Assembly: GCA_002245135.1 (NCBI GenBank) | Contig: NGBS01000621.1 | Span: 1-64,000, forward strand | From: Proteromonas lacertae | Taxonomy: Eukaryota | Length of the DNA: 64,000 nt | Direction of reading: 5' to 3' | In this document: positions 11,447-25,108 of the stretch, piece by piece | How positions within the stretch are numbered: position 1 is the stretch's first letter | Layout of the letters: each line of letters starts with the position of its first letter | Made by a program: the position numbers and the translations under genes | Notes under the pieces: model-generated | What the model saw: the letters and a program-made list of their open reading frames with translations, nothing else | The model's database searches: none | What the model was told of the DNA's origin: nothing

Positions 11447-13832
11447 ATGAAAATTTCAGATTTTTTGCATGACAGTGCAATGTGCTTAGTGTTGCCTTGT
11501 AATACAGAAGTATTTTGTAGTGAAATATATTTATAGATAAAAGAACGAGTAGAAAAGAATAGTAGTGAAGTTGATTTGTTAGTTCAACATGAAAACGATA
11601 TTAAAAAACTAAAAGTAATGAGATCAAAAGAAAAGAAAGTGTTAAAATTCTTAGAGAGTTACTCATTGATTTGTGATAGTTGTACAGCGTTTGTTTGTCC
11701 TTTTGAAGTGTTTCAAATAAGTGAAGACAGTGAACTTATGATAATATCACGAGAATATTACTTATTAGACTTAGAAGAAATGATTGAAAATAAATCTTTT
11801 TCTGTGAATGAAATAATTGATGTGATAAGTTCAATATGTGATATATTGATGATATTGAGCGAAAATGATATAGTTGTAAAGAATTTGAAGAGTTCAAATA
11901 TTGTGTATGATAATCAAAACAATTTAAAGTTATGTGATTTATTCTTGAATGAATTGAGAAAAGAAGGCAATGTGAGAGTGTATGATATATGCTTTAAAAG
12001 CCCTGAAGAGCTGAGTGGATATGAATGTAATGATCGAAGTGTGATTTGGTCAATTGGCTGTACATTATATGAAATGATGTTTAAGAAATTACCATTCAAT
12101 GAAGATGATAACATCACTAAAACAAAAGAGAATATTGTGAGATGTAAATACAATATAGATGTAGAATGTGATGAAATGATGAAAAAGATGATAGATGGAA
12201 TGTTGAAAGTGAAGCATGAGGATAGAATAAGTTTGAAAGTGCTGAGAAAAGAAATGATGAAAATAAATGAAATGTTGAAAGATTCAGATGGTAATTTAAT
12301 GATATATAAAGAAAGAAAAGAAGTGTTATTCAATAGCGATTGTTTAATAGTTACATTTCCAATAATAAGCTTATCAGAATATTATCTTAAACATGATAAA
12401 TGGGAAGAATGTAGAGATAGGTTTATAGAATCTTATAATAATGAATATAATGAAAGAATAATAGTGGAATTATTGAAGATTCATTTATGTAAAGAATGGT
12501 TCATTGAATATAAATCTCATATTCCGCAATGTTTAATGAGTTATTATAAAACATATAATACAGTAGGTACAATGAAAATAGAAAGAATAATACAGAATAA
12601 ACTGAAATTTCATATTCAACATCAATGTAAAATAAGAAAGAATTGTTATTTAGATGAAATGATGTTATATATTGATAAGAGAGATTATGATAAAGAATCA
12701 ACAATAATTAATACAGATTGTTTTTGTATGTGTGAAGAAGGAATAAAATATTTGTTCAGAGTATTGAAACAAATTAATCTAATAATACTGCACTTCAATA
12801 TGTTAGATAATCATGATGATCTATTTTTTATTCCACTCCAAAATCAATCGTTATTTGCATCATTATTATCTCAATTATCTAATCTTCAAAGAATATATAT
12901 AAGATATAGTAATCTTACATATCATTTCGTTGAATCATTTGTTAAAGCAATTCCATTCATGATTAATCTTAAATATGTAGATCTTCAAGGTATTTACATT
13001 TTATATTATTTTGAAATAGGTAATCCAATTAGTCCAAAAGGATTCACATTATTATTCCCTTACCTTTATCTATTAATCAACTGGAATAATGAGTTGAATC
13101 TCATAAAGTTGAATTTAAATGACGAATCGATGATATTATTATCAGAAGAATTATATAAATATCCAAAACTTGACTTTATAGATATTACAGAAAATGAAAA
13201 TATTCATTCAAATGGATTAAAAGCTTTATTCTCCAAATTTCCTATATCAAAAATAGACTTTGATTTTAATGGAAGTAAAGAATTAATGATTGATAAAAAC
13301 ATTCCAAAATTGTTCAAAGACAGTTCATATTTAAATTTGAGCAATTCAGAAATTGATGATAATATTTTCATTCAATTCATTTTATTAAGATCAAATGAAT
13401 TAAGAGAAATAGAAAAGTTGTATTTGAGTAGTATTATTAGATATATTTATCTATTGTTTAGATAATAAGCTGACCTTCAGAAGTATAGAATGTCTGATAA
13501 ACAATTTATCTTTATTTCCAAAACTTAAAAAACTTCATGTAAATGGAAATGAAATAGGAGATGAAGGAATGAAAATATTATCTCCTCATTTACATTTATT
13601 AGTTGATAAGCATAATATGAAATTAATCAATTGTTTAAGTATAGCCATTATTATTAAATGTAATAGAAATGGGATTATCATCTGTTGGATTAAAATATTT
13701 AGTTGATGGTTTAAAGAATGAAAAAATTAATATACTTAATATAAGTGATAATAAAATAGATTCAGATGGAATAGAGTATTTGATGAAATATGTGAAAGAG
13801 AATGATAATATAATGCTTATATTTATTCATAG

Positions 13833-13890
<58 letters not shown>

Positions 13891-14856
13891 CTATCATTCA
13901 TTAAATAGATAATCCAATTGGTAATGCTGGATTTAAGATATTATTAAACGATTTGGAAATATTATCATACCAAAACGATTTTACAATATCAATTAAGTTG
14001 AGAAATATCTCAATAGATGATGAAAGTGTAATGTTATTAACAGATAATCTAGATTCAATTAAATATTGTAGTTTAATAGATTTAAATGGTAATAATGTTA
14101 GTTTTAATGTATTGAAATTAATATGTTCAAAATCATTAAAAAATGAAGAATATCCATTAATAAAAATGAACAATCCTTCATGGTCAAATGAAGAATTGGG
14201 ATATTATTTGGAGTATTGTATTAAAAAGGGAAAAAAAAGTTATGATTTTTCAAGTATAATATTAATAATAGAATAGTTATATTTTCATGAAATAGATATG
14301 AATATCAATGATTCACACATTTCAATAATAAAGCATATAAGTCGTTGTGAACTTGATTTATCCAATAATCAAATTTCTTCAAAAGGGTTAAAAGAATTAC
14401 CTAAAGATTTACTGCATATTTCAATATTTAATAACCCCATTGAAGATGAAGGAATAGAGATAATATGTAAGTATTTGAGAATGTTAACTTCTTATCGTGA
14501 TGAATTAAACTTATCAAGTATTGTTATTCTTTATATGTTATTGAATAGATATTGGAATGAGTGAAAAAGGATTAAAAATGTTAATAGAAAGGTTAAAAGC
14601 TTATGATCTGCTGAAGATAATAAATTTATCAGGAAATGAAATGAATGAAAGAGAATTGAGATTAATGAAAGAAAATGAGGAATTATTTGTTTATATAGAA
14701 GAATTGTCTATAACAGTAAAAGAAAATATTGATAAATCAGAATTAAAATCCTTTTTAGAAACGTTTTCATCTATCGAAATAATACATTTAGATGGAATAT
14801 CAGAAGAAGAAAAGAAAGAATTATCAAAAGTTTTTGAATATAAAATAATCAAGTGA
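11447..14856 (+). CDS. Pseudokinase fused to C-terminal RI-like leucine-rich repeats (multi-intron)
   Basis: Kinase subdomains VKNLKSSNIV, LKLCDLFL, FKSPEE, IWSIGCTLYEM. Downstream LRRs (LNLSNSEIDD, LNISDNKIDSDG, LDLSNNQISSKG) are joined by GT-AG introns. Confidence 0.8.
13832..13908 (+). repeat. Intron filled by compound (TA)n(TAT)n microsatellite
   Basis: 77-nt GT..AG intron that is mostly (TA)n followed by (TAT)n. Confidence 0.8.
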
Positions 14857-15018
14857 TATATAATATTATGGCTTATTTTACATGTTTTTGATATTATTTT
14901 CACCAGAAATAAACAATTTATCTATATTTTCAATTTTGCCTCTAATTTGATCAAGCCTCAAATCATCCCGCCAATTACTTTTTTTGTTTTTTTCTTAAAT
15001 CCATCGAAATATTAAAAA

Positions 15019-15985
15019 ATGAGTAATATGAATAAATCAGAATGTATAAAATTTACTGATGAAATGTTATATGACGTATTATATAAATATTTTGGTTATA
15101 AGAGTTTTCGAAGTGAGCAGAAAGGTAATAATATTGTATTGTAATTGTGTAGAAATAATAGCTAATGTATTGAGAGGGAAAGACAGTTTGGTGTTAATGC
15201 CAACAGGAGGAGGTAAATCACTTTGTTATGAAATTCCAGCACTATTACTGTGTGGTGTGACGATAGTGATATGTCCATTGATTGCTCTTATGATAGACCA
15301 AGGTATATATTTGTTTTTGATTTATATTTCGTTGTTTTATAGTTCAATCACTGAAATCTAAAGGAATCTGTTGTGCTTACTTATCTTCAACTCAGAACAA
15401 TCATGAGAAGCAAGAAATATTAAAACTACTAAATGATAAACCTATGAAACTAAAAATGTTATATGTATCACCTGAAAGATTTATATTAAATGATTTTAAG
15501 AATATTTTATCAAATTTATACAAAGATAATTTAATATCTTTTATAGCTATAGATGAAGCTCATTGTATATCTAAGTATAAATACTTCAAATATAAAATTC
15601 AATTTTTGTATAGATGGGGACATGATTTTCGACCAGCATATCGATCATTAGGAAATATTAAAAAAGATTATCCAAATTTAAGTGTAATAGCCTTAACAGC
15701 CACAGCTACAAGAAAAGTCGTTGAAGATATGAAATTGTCCTTACAATTGAAAGGTTGTAATCAATTCCAAACTAGTTTTTATCGAAGTAATTTGTTCTAT
15801 AAAGTGTTTTATACTCCAAAGAATGAAGATAAATTAAAAAGATTAATTGAAACTTTACGAAATATTCCATTCAGTGATAGTGGTATAATTTATGCTCATA
15901 AACGAGAGAAAGTTGAAGAATTATGTGAAATATTAAAGAGTGAAGGATATAATGTAGATCAATATCATGCAGGAATGGCAGTATA

Positions 15986-16019
<34 letters not shown>

Positions 16020-17163
16020 TATTAGGCAAAAGAACGTGAAAGAGTTCAAAATGGAATGGTTAAATGGTAAAATCTCATTGGTAATAGCAACAATAGCATT
16101 TGGAATGGGAATAGATAAAGTATATTAATATTTTATAATATAATAAATAATTAGAAAGATGTAAGATATATAATTCATTATTCAATACCATCAACATTAG
16201 AAGGATATTATCCAAGAAAGTGGTCGAGCTGGAAGAGATGGCTTTGCCATCTCAATGTATAATATTATACAGTAATGAAGATGTAAAAACATTTGAATTT
16301 CTTTGTCAAAGAGGAGATGATCAAACAGTTGATCCAATCGTAAAAATCGAGAATTTACATTCAGTTCGAGATTATTGTATATGTTTAGATAAATGTCGGC
16401 ATTATCAATTATTACATTATTTTGGTGAAACTCTGAAAGATAATAAATGTAAAAGCCAATGTGATATTTGTACAGATTTGAAAAGAGTAACTCAAGATTA
16501 TGTGAAGAGCTCTTTAGAACAACAAACTTATAATTCAAAGAATAATCGAATATCAGCTAAATCATTATTAGAAAGAGCATCTGATAAATATAATGATGAT
16601 GATGATGATGGATATTATGGTGGTGGAAAACCATGTATAGATAGTGGAAAACTATTGGATAAACCATATGACGATCATCCAATAATATTTGCAACAGGAT
16701 TGTCATTGAAGAAAAGAATGGATTTATTAGCAAAAGGTGTAGAGATTAGAAGTCCTGAGAATCCTCCAGCGAAGAAACAAAAGACATCGATAGTGAAATA
16801 CTTGACATTAACGCAGAATGATTATCCAATTAAAAGTGATGTGAAGAATGAGAATGTGGTAAGTATTGAGAATAAAATTAGGAAGAAAGTTGGTTATAAG
16901 TATGATTATTATTATATTTATTGAATAGGTTATACTCCTATATAGCAAAGAATCTTCAAAAACATGGAGTGGATGATGATTCAAAATCTGCAATTCAATT
17001 TTCTCAATTTTTAGAATGGAAAATATACACTTTGGCAAAGAATGATGATGATTATAAAGCTTTAACAAAGAAGAGCCTTGAATTGTTGCTAGATATTGAT
17101 GATGAGAAAGAAATTACCAATTTTAATATTAGATCAATAGTTAATAATTTATCGAAAAAATGA
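15019..17163 (+). CDS. RecQ-family DNA helicase (introns, two apparent 1-nt insertions near 16053 and 16212)
   Basis: [68 protein letters not shown] Zn motif [12 protein letters not shown]...CKSQCDIC. Confidence 0.95.
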
Positions 17164-17293
17164 TAATAAGTTTTTCTTTTATAATTCTTTTAAAATTTCA
17201 TGTTTTTTTTTATTTTTGAAAAAAATCAATCAGTAATTTACTTGATGTAATTTACATATGAAAATTTGAAGATTGTAATTGAGTTTTATAGAA

Positions 17294-18843
17294 ATGGATT
17301 CAAACAATTCCGACAAGCAGAGGGAGAATTTGAAAGCAGCAATAGAAGCGCAATTGCTTCATACTAAAAAGATAATGGAAGAAAAGGCTAGAAGGTATAT
17401 TTTTGTAATTGAATCAAATATGAATAGAAAACGAGAATTAGATGAGAAATTAAAAGATGCAGATGAGGAAACAAAAAAAGAATTACTTGAAGTATATTAT
17501 TTATTAATTACTCTACTCTCTGTAGCAATACAAGCGTGAAGAGCGTATTAGAACAAGAGAAGGATATAAACGATATTCAGTTTGTGATTTCGACTTTCTA
17601 GCAGTAATAGGAAAAGGAGCATTTGGTGAAGTTCGTCTAGTGAGAGAAAAATCAACAGGAGAAATTTACGCATTAAAAATTATGTTAAAAGAATCAATGA
17701 GAAAAAAGAATCAAGTCGATCATGTCAAAGCAGAAAGGGACGTATTAGCCGCAAGTTCAACTCAATGGGTAGTAGGTTTAGCCTATTCATTTCAAGATGA
17801 AAAATATTTATATTTAGTGATGGATTACTGTGTAGGTGGAGATGTAATGTCATTGTTAATCCACGAAGATATATTTTCTGAAGAAACAACAAAGTTTTAT
17901 ATAAGTGAAACGATTTTAGCATTAGAATATGTTCATAATTTAGGCTACATTCATCGTGATTTAAAACCAGATAATTTATTAATAGATGTCTATGGTCATA
18001 TTAAACTTACCGATTTAGGTTTATGTAAAAAGATATCAAATGATTATGAAAAAAGTTATGTTAAAGCCTTAAATATGAATAACAATAATAATAGCGAAAA
18101 AGACAATAATATATCCAAGCCATCTCATAGAGCTAGAATATTGGTATATAGTACAGTTGGTACACCCGATTATATTGCTCCAGAAGTATTGAGTCAAAAG
18201 GGATATAGTATGGAATGTGATTGGTGGAGCTTAGGTGTGATAATGTTTGAAATGTTAATTGGATATCCACCATTTTATGCTGATGATTCTGTTAAAACAT
18301 GTTCTTATATATTAGAACATAAAAAACGATTTGTTATTCCAGAAGAAGCGAAGAGTACTTTAAGTCCTGAATGTATTGATTTAATGAGCAAATTGATATG
18401 TGATGCTGATATTAGATTAGGAAGAAATGATGTAAATGAAATAAAGAATCATCCATGGTTTCGAAATGTGAATTGGAATAAAATTGCTGAGACAAAACCA
18501 CCATATATTTTGAATGAACCCAAAAGAATTGAATTTATTTTAAATGAACAAAAGAAATTACCAACTGATAGTCCAATTTTGGCAGAATATGTGAAAGAAT
18601 TAACAGAGAATTTTGATTCTTTACCAAATGATCCATTACCAAGTATATATTTTAATATTATTTTATCTATTTATAATAGTTATGAAAGATAGTAAATCTT
18701 ATAGAATTGATATGAAGAAAGATTTTGTTGGTTTTACATATAAAAGAGAGAAGAAAGATGATGCTAAAGCTGATCTTAGTAAGTTAAGTGAAGTAGTTGA
18801 TGCAGATGATGAAGCATTTTTTGGAGATGGAAGTGATAAATAG
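17294..18843 (+). CDS. NDR/STK38 (Cbk1-like) AGC protein kinase
   Basis: [47 protein letters not shown], hydrophobic motif FVGFTYKR. Confidence 0.93.
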
Positions 18844-19177
18844 AATAATATTTTTTTTATATTGTAATATATATATATATATTTCTAACAGCTATTTGTT
18901 CAGATTTAGAATTATCGTTCACTTGATGAGTGACAAATGTAAGTTAACATTATGTGAATTGCATATATCTTATTTCAACAATTAATCAAACTATAACTTA
19001 CCTTATGCATATTTAGCCTTAATCTAATACATTTTCAAAATTCATTTGAATTAGCTGGTATGATTTATGCACATGGTACTTTTCCTCCCAAATGCAACAA
19101 CATTTATGAATAATCATATTCTTTAGGTTTCTTTTTAATTACAAATTATTAAAAAGTAATATACTCTAAAAATATAA

Positions 19178-22100
19178 TTACTCATTCTTCAACATTTGTC
19201 TTGTAGCTAATTGATGGTATAATCCACCTTCAATATTCATCAATTCCTCGTGTTTGCCATTTTCTACTACTCTTCCATGATCCATTACAAATATCATATC
19301 AGCATTTTGAATTGTACTTAAACGATGAGCAACTATTATACTTGTTCTATCACTACTTTCTAATAATTTATCTATTGCTTCTTGAACAACAGCTTCACTT
19401 TCGGTATCTAAAGCACTTGTTGCTTCATCTAATAATAATATCTTTGGATTTCTTAATATAGCTCTGGCTATAGCTATTCTTTGCTTTTGCCCTCCACTTA
19501 ATTGCTCTCCTTTATTACCTACATTTGTATTGTAGTTATCTGGAAATTCCATTATGAAATTATGAGCATTTGCTGCTTTAGCTGCTGCAACTACATCTTC
19601 ATGAGTTACTGATTCATTTCCATAATCTCCCATTCGAATATTATCTTCAATTGTTCCACTGAATAACACTGGTTCTTGACTTACTAAACCAAATTGTTTT
19701 CTCAAATGTCTTATATTCATCGATTTTATTTCATGACCATCTATTAAGATCTCACCTGAATCAGCATTATAGAATCTTTGTAATAAACCTATTATCGTTG
19801 ATTTACCACAACCGCTTGAACCAACTAAAGCTACTTTCTGACCTTTTGGAATCTTCAAATTCAACTTTCTCAACACCTTTGTCTCATTTCTTGTTGGATA
19901 AGCAAAAATTACATCTTTAAACTCAATTTCACCTGATATTTCAGGTGTATCACCATCATTTGAAGATATATCAACATCTGGTTTTGAATTAACTATTTCA
20001 GATACTCTTTCTGTCGCTGTTTTTACTTGAGCAACATCATTAGCAAAAGATGTTGAATTACTCAAAACTAAAGCTCTAATAAATAATAAAAACATTAAAA
20101 AATATATATACACAGCATTCATAGCTACCAATACTGTTATTAAATTTCCTACAGGACATAAACCATCAACAGCCCAAGTACCTCCAACACCAAATGCTAT
20201 TGCATATCCACTTAGATCAAATATTTCATTATAGCCTTGTAAAATACCAGTATAATTAGCATCTAATATTCTTACCTTTAAAGATTCATCTTCTGTTGAT
20301 ATAAATTTACCATTTATATATTCTTCTATTGATAGACTTTTTACAGTTTTGATATTGTTTACAGATTCTGAGACAATTGAGCCAACTTCTTCAGTTGGTT
20401 TCTTTGTTTTGTTCATTATCTTTAATGCTGCTTTCATTCTCAAATAACCACCAAGAACAATAAATGGAATAATTGGAGACATTACTAATGCAATTTTCCA
20501 AGATGATATAAACGAAACGATTAACCCAGCAATGATTGTAAATATTGTTTGAGCATACATTCCAGATTTATCTTGAAGTGATGTTTGTAATAATGAAATA
20601 TTACTTGAGAGTAAAGTTGTTATTGCACCAGTACTATGGTCATTATCATCATAATATTTGATGTCTTGTTTCATTAATGATCTATAACTCATATTTCTTA
20701 CCTTCTTGGCGAATTTGGCACTAATACTACCAAATAAAATTGACTGTATTCCCATAAAAGAACAAATCACAATATAAAATCCAACTAATGACAAATACCA
20801 ATTTCTCATTTGAATCATTAATTCATGCATATCAGTTTCATAAAATGAACTAACCATTCCTCCAAAGAATATTGCATAACATGGATGTATTGATCCATTA
20901 ATCATTGATGATATTAATGCTAATAGATCAATACACATACTATTAAATGCAAATTTCAATATTGACCATGATGAAGATTTTGATTGTTTTTTATCGCTTA
21001 TAGTCTTTTCAGAATGAGTAATTTCGTTAGATTTTATTTCACTTGATTTTCTTATTTCATCTGTTGAAATTTTATCTTCTGTTTCAACTGATGGACTTAT
21101 TGGATTGATATTATTCTCAATATTATCGGTTTTCAACATTTGATTTTCTCTTAATTTTGAATATACTCCTCCTTTACTCATTAATTCTTTATGATTTCCT
21201 TGTTCTACAACTCTTCCTCCATCAATTACTATAATTTCATCAGCTGTTTCAATTGTGGATAATCTATGAGCAACAATCAAAGTTGTTCTTTGTTTATCTT
21301 TTAATAATTCATCTAATGCATCTTGGACTACTTTTTCACTTTCACTATCTAATCCACTAGTTGCTTCATCAAGAATTAATATGGATGGATCTCTTATTAA
21401 AGCTCTAGCTATAGCTATTCTTTGCTTTTGCCCACCACTCAATGAATGACCTCCTTCACCAACTAATGTATCATATCCATTAGGAAATTGATTGATAAAA
21501 CTATCAGCATTTGCTTGTTTTGCTGCTTTGATTATCTCTTCATCACTACAATCCAACTTTCCAAGTCTGATATTATCTTTCACACTTCCTCTGAATAGAA
21601 TTGGTTCTTGACTTACAACACCAATTTTCATTCTATAGGAATTTACATTATAATTCTTTATATTCTTATCATCAACTAATATTTCACCTTCATATTCATC
21701 ATATAATCTTTGTAATAATTGTAATAGTGTTGATTTACCACATCCACTTGAACCAACTATACCTATCTTCTTTCCTGCTTCAATTGTAATGTTTAAATCA
21801 TTCAATGCATTTTGCTCTTTTCTATTTGGATAATGAAATTTTACATGTCTATATTCAATTTTACCTTTTAATGATTCCACTTTTTCTCCGTTTGATTTTT
21901 CTTTTGTATTTTCACTTTCTTCAATTGTTTTATACACTTCATATCCAGAACCACAAGCTTGATTGATAGCTTGAAGAGAAGGACTTAACATGAATATACC
22001 AAACACTCCCATACTAATAACACATTGTGTAGCAAATACTGCTCCTCCATTTAAACATGTTTCACCTTTTATACACTGAAATGCTTCATCACACTATAAT

Positions 22101-23317
22101 AAATAAAATATTTCTATTTATACAATATCTCTTCCATTGCAATCAGCTGATGAGAAATTATAATATTCATTATTACATACTGTCTTCAAATTTAATGTTA
22201 TGTTATTTTTATTTTCATATCCGTATATACCTCGACAACTTCCACGAAAACTAATTTGAATAGACATTATTATTATTATATATAATATATACTCATTCAT
22301 CATATCTAGTTTATCTTCTCTGATTAAATGACTTCCATACCAAAATGCAAATCCAGAAGCATTATAAAAAACGAAATTCATAAATCCATTGCTAAATCCA
22401 GCCATTTTACAGACTTTAATTGAAAATTGCTTGGCTTTTTCTGTTGCTTTTTCATACAATTCAATAAATCGATTTTCAATTCCATATGATGAAACTGTCT
22501 TTATTGAACCAATACTTTCTTCAGCAATACTACTGGATTCAGCATTTGCAGCTTGTAACCCTCCATAATATTTACCAGTTATACTTGTGATAGAAAATGA
22601 AACAATTCCCAAAGGAAATGCTATTGCCATGTATACTAATGTAACTTGCCAACTTTGGGTAAATCCAATAATAAACGATGCAACTATTTGAGATAATGCT
22701 TTGAATAATTTACCAAATTCCATTCCAATACCTTGAGTCATAGCATTTGTATCATCAATCACTCTTGAGGCTAGTTTCTTGGAATCATTTTCATCAAACC
22801 ATGCTACATTTTGATTCAGTAATACATTAAAATACTTGGCTCTTATTCGACTGATTTGTCTTTCTAGAATTTAATAGATATTTAAAAATACCTGAGGCTA
22901 AACGAAATGTGGTGATAAAAATCATTCCAGCAATACCAGAAACAATTCCGAGTAGTAGAATAATCAAAGCATTGTCTCTAACAGTCTTTTTTGACTAATT
23001 ATTGAATAAACAAATGATAAAAATACTTCATCAGGATTAATAACTTCTTCATCATTAATTGCGTTGAATAAATCCTTTAGGATATACATACAAATTGAAT
23101 AGAAAGATCCATTCACGAAAGCAGCGATTATTCCAATAATAATCAAAATAATGTCACTTCCATCAGCATATTTCCACAATTCAGTTTTACTTAAAACCTT
23201 TCTTTCAAATTTTTCTTCATTCTCGACTTTTTCTTGTTTTTCTTCCTCTGAATCACTTTTTTTGTCATCAATTAAGTGGGATTCCAATTCAGAGGACTGT
23301 GATTCCTTCTTGTCCAT
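19178..23317 (-). CDS. Full-length ABCB1/MDR (P-glycoprotein-type) exporter, multi-intron
   Basis: Two TMD-NBD halves with GSSGCGKST, LSGGQKQRIAIARA, LDEATS and AHRLSTI each present twice. Confidence 0.96.
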
Positions 23318-24323
23318 CAGAAAACTGCCTTAATTTAAAATGCTTTTGTTTTACAATATTTCTCTTCTTTTATTGGTTATTCTTCGAATCTCTGTAAAGC
23401 CATTATCATTCTTTCAATGAAATATAACGAAAAGATTAAAAAGAAATACAAAAATTATGAGATTATTTTGTGTATTGATTTTAAATCAAACAAATTCTTA
23501 CTTTTTTAGCTGTTTACCAAGTTTAATACTTCTTTATGTTTCATATTCTGTATAGAGTTAATTTTTAACCAAATTAAGAAAGATCCCAAGAAAAATTCTT
23601 CATAATCATAAGGGTTTTAGGGTTATTCATAATCTAACTGCCCACTTCCTGAATTATCATGGAATGCTGATCTTGGTTGTCTTCTATAATAAACAATAAA
23701 AAATAAAAAATACGGACCAGTTTGGTATTTAGCTTCATTCTTTTGAGCATCTTTTAAAAATGTGGCAAAAAGAGGTGATGTTACAAGATATATCATCTTT
23801 TTCTAAGAAAAAAAGAAAAATGAAAATGATGGTTTTCGAAAAAAATAATTTTGTTAAACCAGATTTGCATTTCTATCATTTTCTCTTTGTTAAAACAGAA
23901 ACTCTTTACAAAAATTTACAATTCCAAAAGCAGATAGTTTTATCTATGACAAAAACAATTTATGATGAATGAATCAGAACAAAAGTATTTATAATTCTAA
24001 CTTATAAACTAATCTTTATTTAAATTGCAGTTTAGAAGTTATTTTATATAATTATAAAAAATAACAAACAGAACTGCTAAATGAAAATGATTTCAAAAAT
24101 ACACTTTAACAGAATATACTAACTTTCGAAAGAGAGAAGGACAGTGGAGTCCAGATCACAGAAATATACTAACTATGAAATCTAGAATATTGAAACTCTT
24201 AAAATTAACAAAATTTTAGTTTTAAGAGCTTTAATTCATATATTTATTAAAATTAAAATTATTATTATTATTATATAGATAAATCCAAAACAAGAATTCA
24301 CAGTATATATTACATTATTATAA

Positions 24324-25031
24324 TCACTTTGAATCAAATATACTATAAGCTTCAGCGGACATCTTGTTATAGATTTGTTCCAGTTTCTTACCAAACTCTG
24401 CATTGTTGCTATACTTCTCAACTGCACTGTTTACTTCTAAACAAGTTACTTTATACTTTCTGAATAATTCAATATCCTTTTTGGCTACAATGGCTATACT
24501 TTCATTTACTAAGTCTTGGTATATTTGTGGATTCTCTTTCATCTCTTCTTGTAACTTTTCTACAGTAATTCCCTTAGAATTTGCAGATTTATTCATTAAA
24601 TCTTTCAATACTCTAACAGAATTCTGTTTGTTGTTAGTTATTATGTCAATAACAGTATCTTCGGTTAAAACTGCTGGAACTTCACAGTATTTCTGTTCTT
24701 TGTCAAATAAAGCACAATTTAAATTATCAATCACAATTTCTGCATGTTTATATTCTTTTTCATCTCCATACAACTTTTTTGTAGTTTCCATATCTGCTTC
24801 ACTTACTCCTAACTCTTTGTAAGCTTTACTTCTAGAGTCAGCCAATATCTTTTTAAATTCTTCTTCAAGCATAACATTTGCTTTATCAATACCACTTTTA
24901 TTTATCAGATCCTCTTTCATTGAAATAATATCCATCTAATACACTATAAACAAAATATATACGCATTTTGGTTCAGCTAATGCTTTTACATAAGATAAAA
25001 CCTCAACAGCTTTTTCAAGTGTGATTGCCAT
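24324..25031 (-). CDS. Hypothetical all-helical protein (one intron)
   Basis: MAITLEKAVEVLSYVKALAEPKC, then a GTATAT..TTAG intron, then the 203-aa ORF. No motif recognised. Confidence 0.7.
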
Positions 25032-25108
25032 GATTTAAATTTGAATTTTTTAAATCTCAATCAAACAAGAATCAAACTTGTCGTTGGTTTAATTAGAATT
25101 ATAGTAGA

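Noticed and set aside
18845..19175. Possible snoRNA or gene relic between the convergent NDR and ABCB genes
   Set aside because: A TGATGA box is present, but I found no matching downstream D box, terminal stem or credible reading frame.
23611..23624. Interstitial telomere-like AGGGTTTTAGGGTT
   Set aside because: Fewer than two full units, so it can arise by chance.
23760..23972. 70-aa ORF in the long intergenic region
   Set aside because: Low-complexity A/T-run sequence with no recognisable motif or exon structure.
24128..24140. U6atac-like GAAAGAGAGAAGG
   Set aside because: Lacks the following TTAGCACTCC catalytic segment.
24109..24174. CRISPR-like repeat-spacer-repeat
   Set aside because: Only two imperfect 16-17-nt AT-rich repeats in a eukaryotic context with no cas genes.
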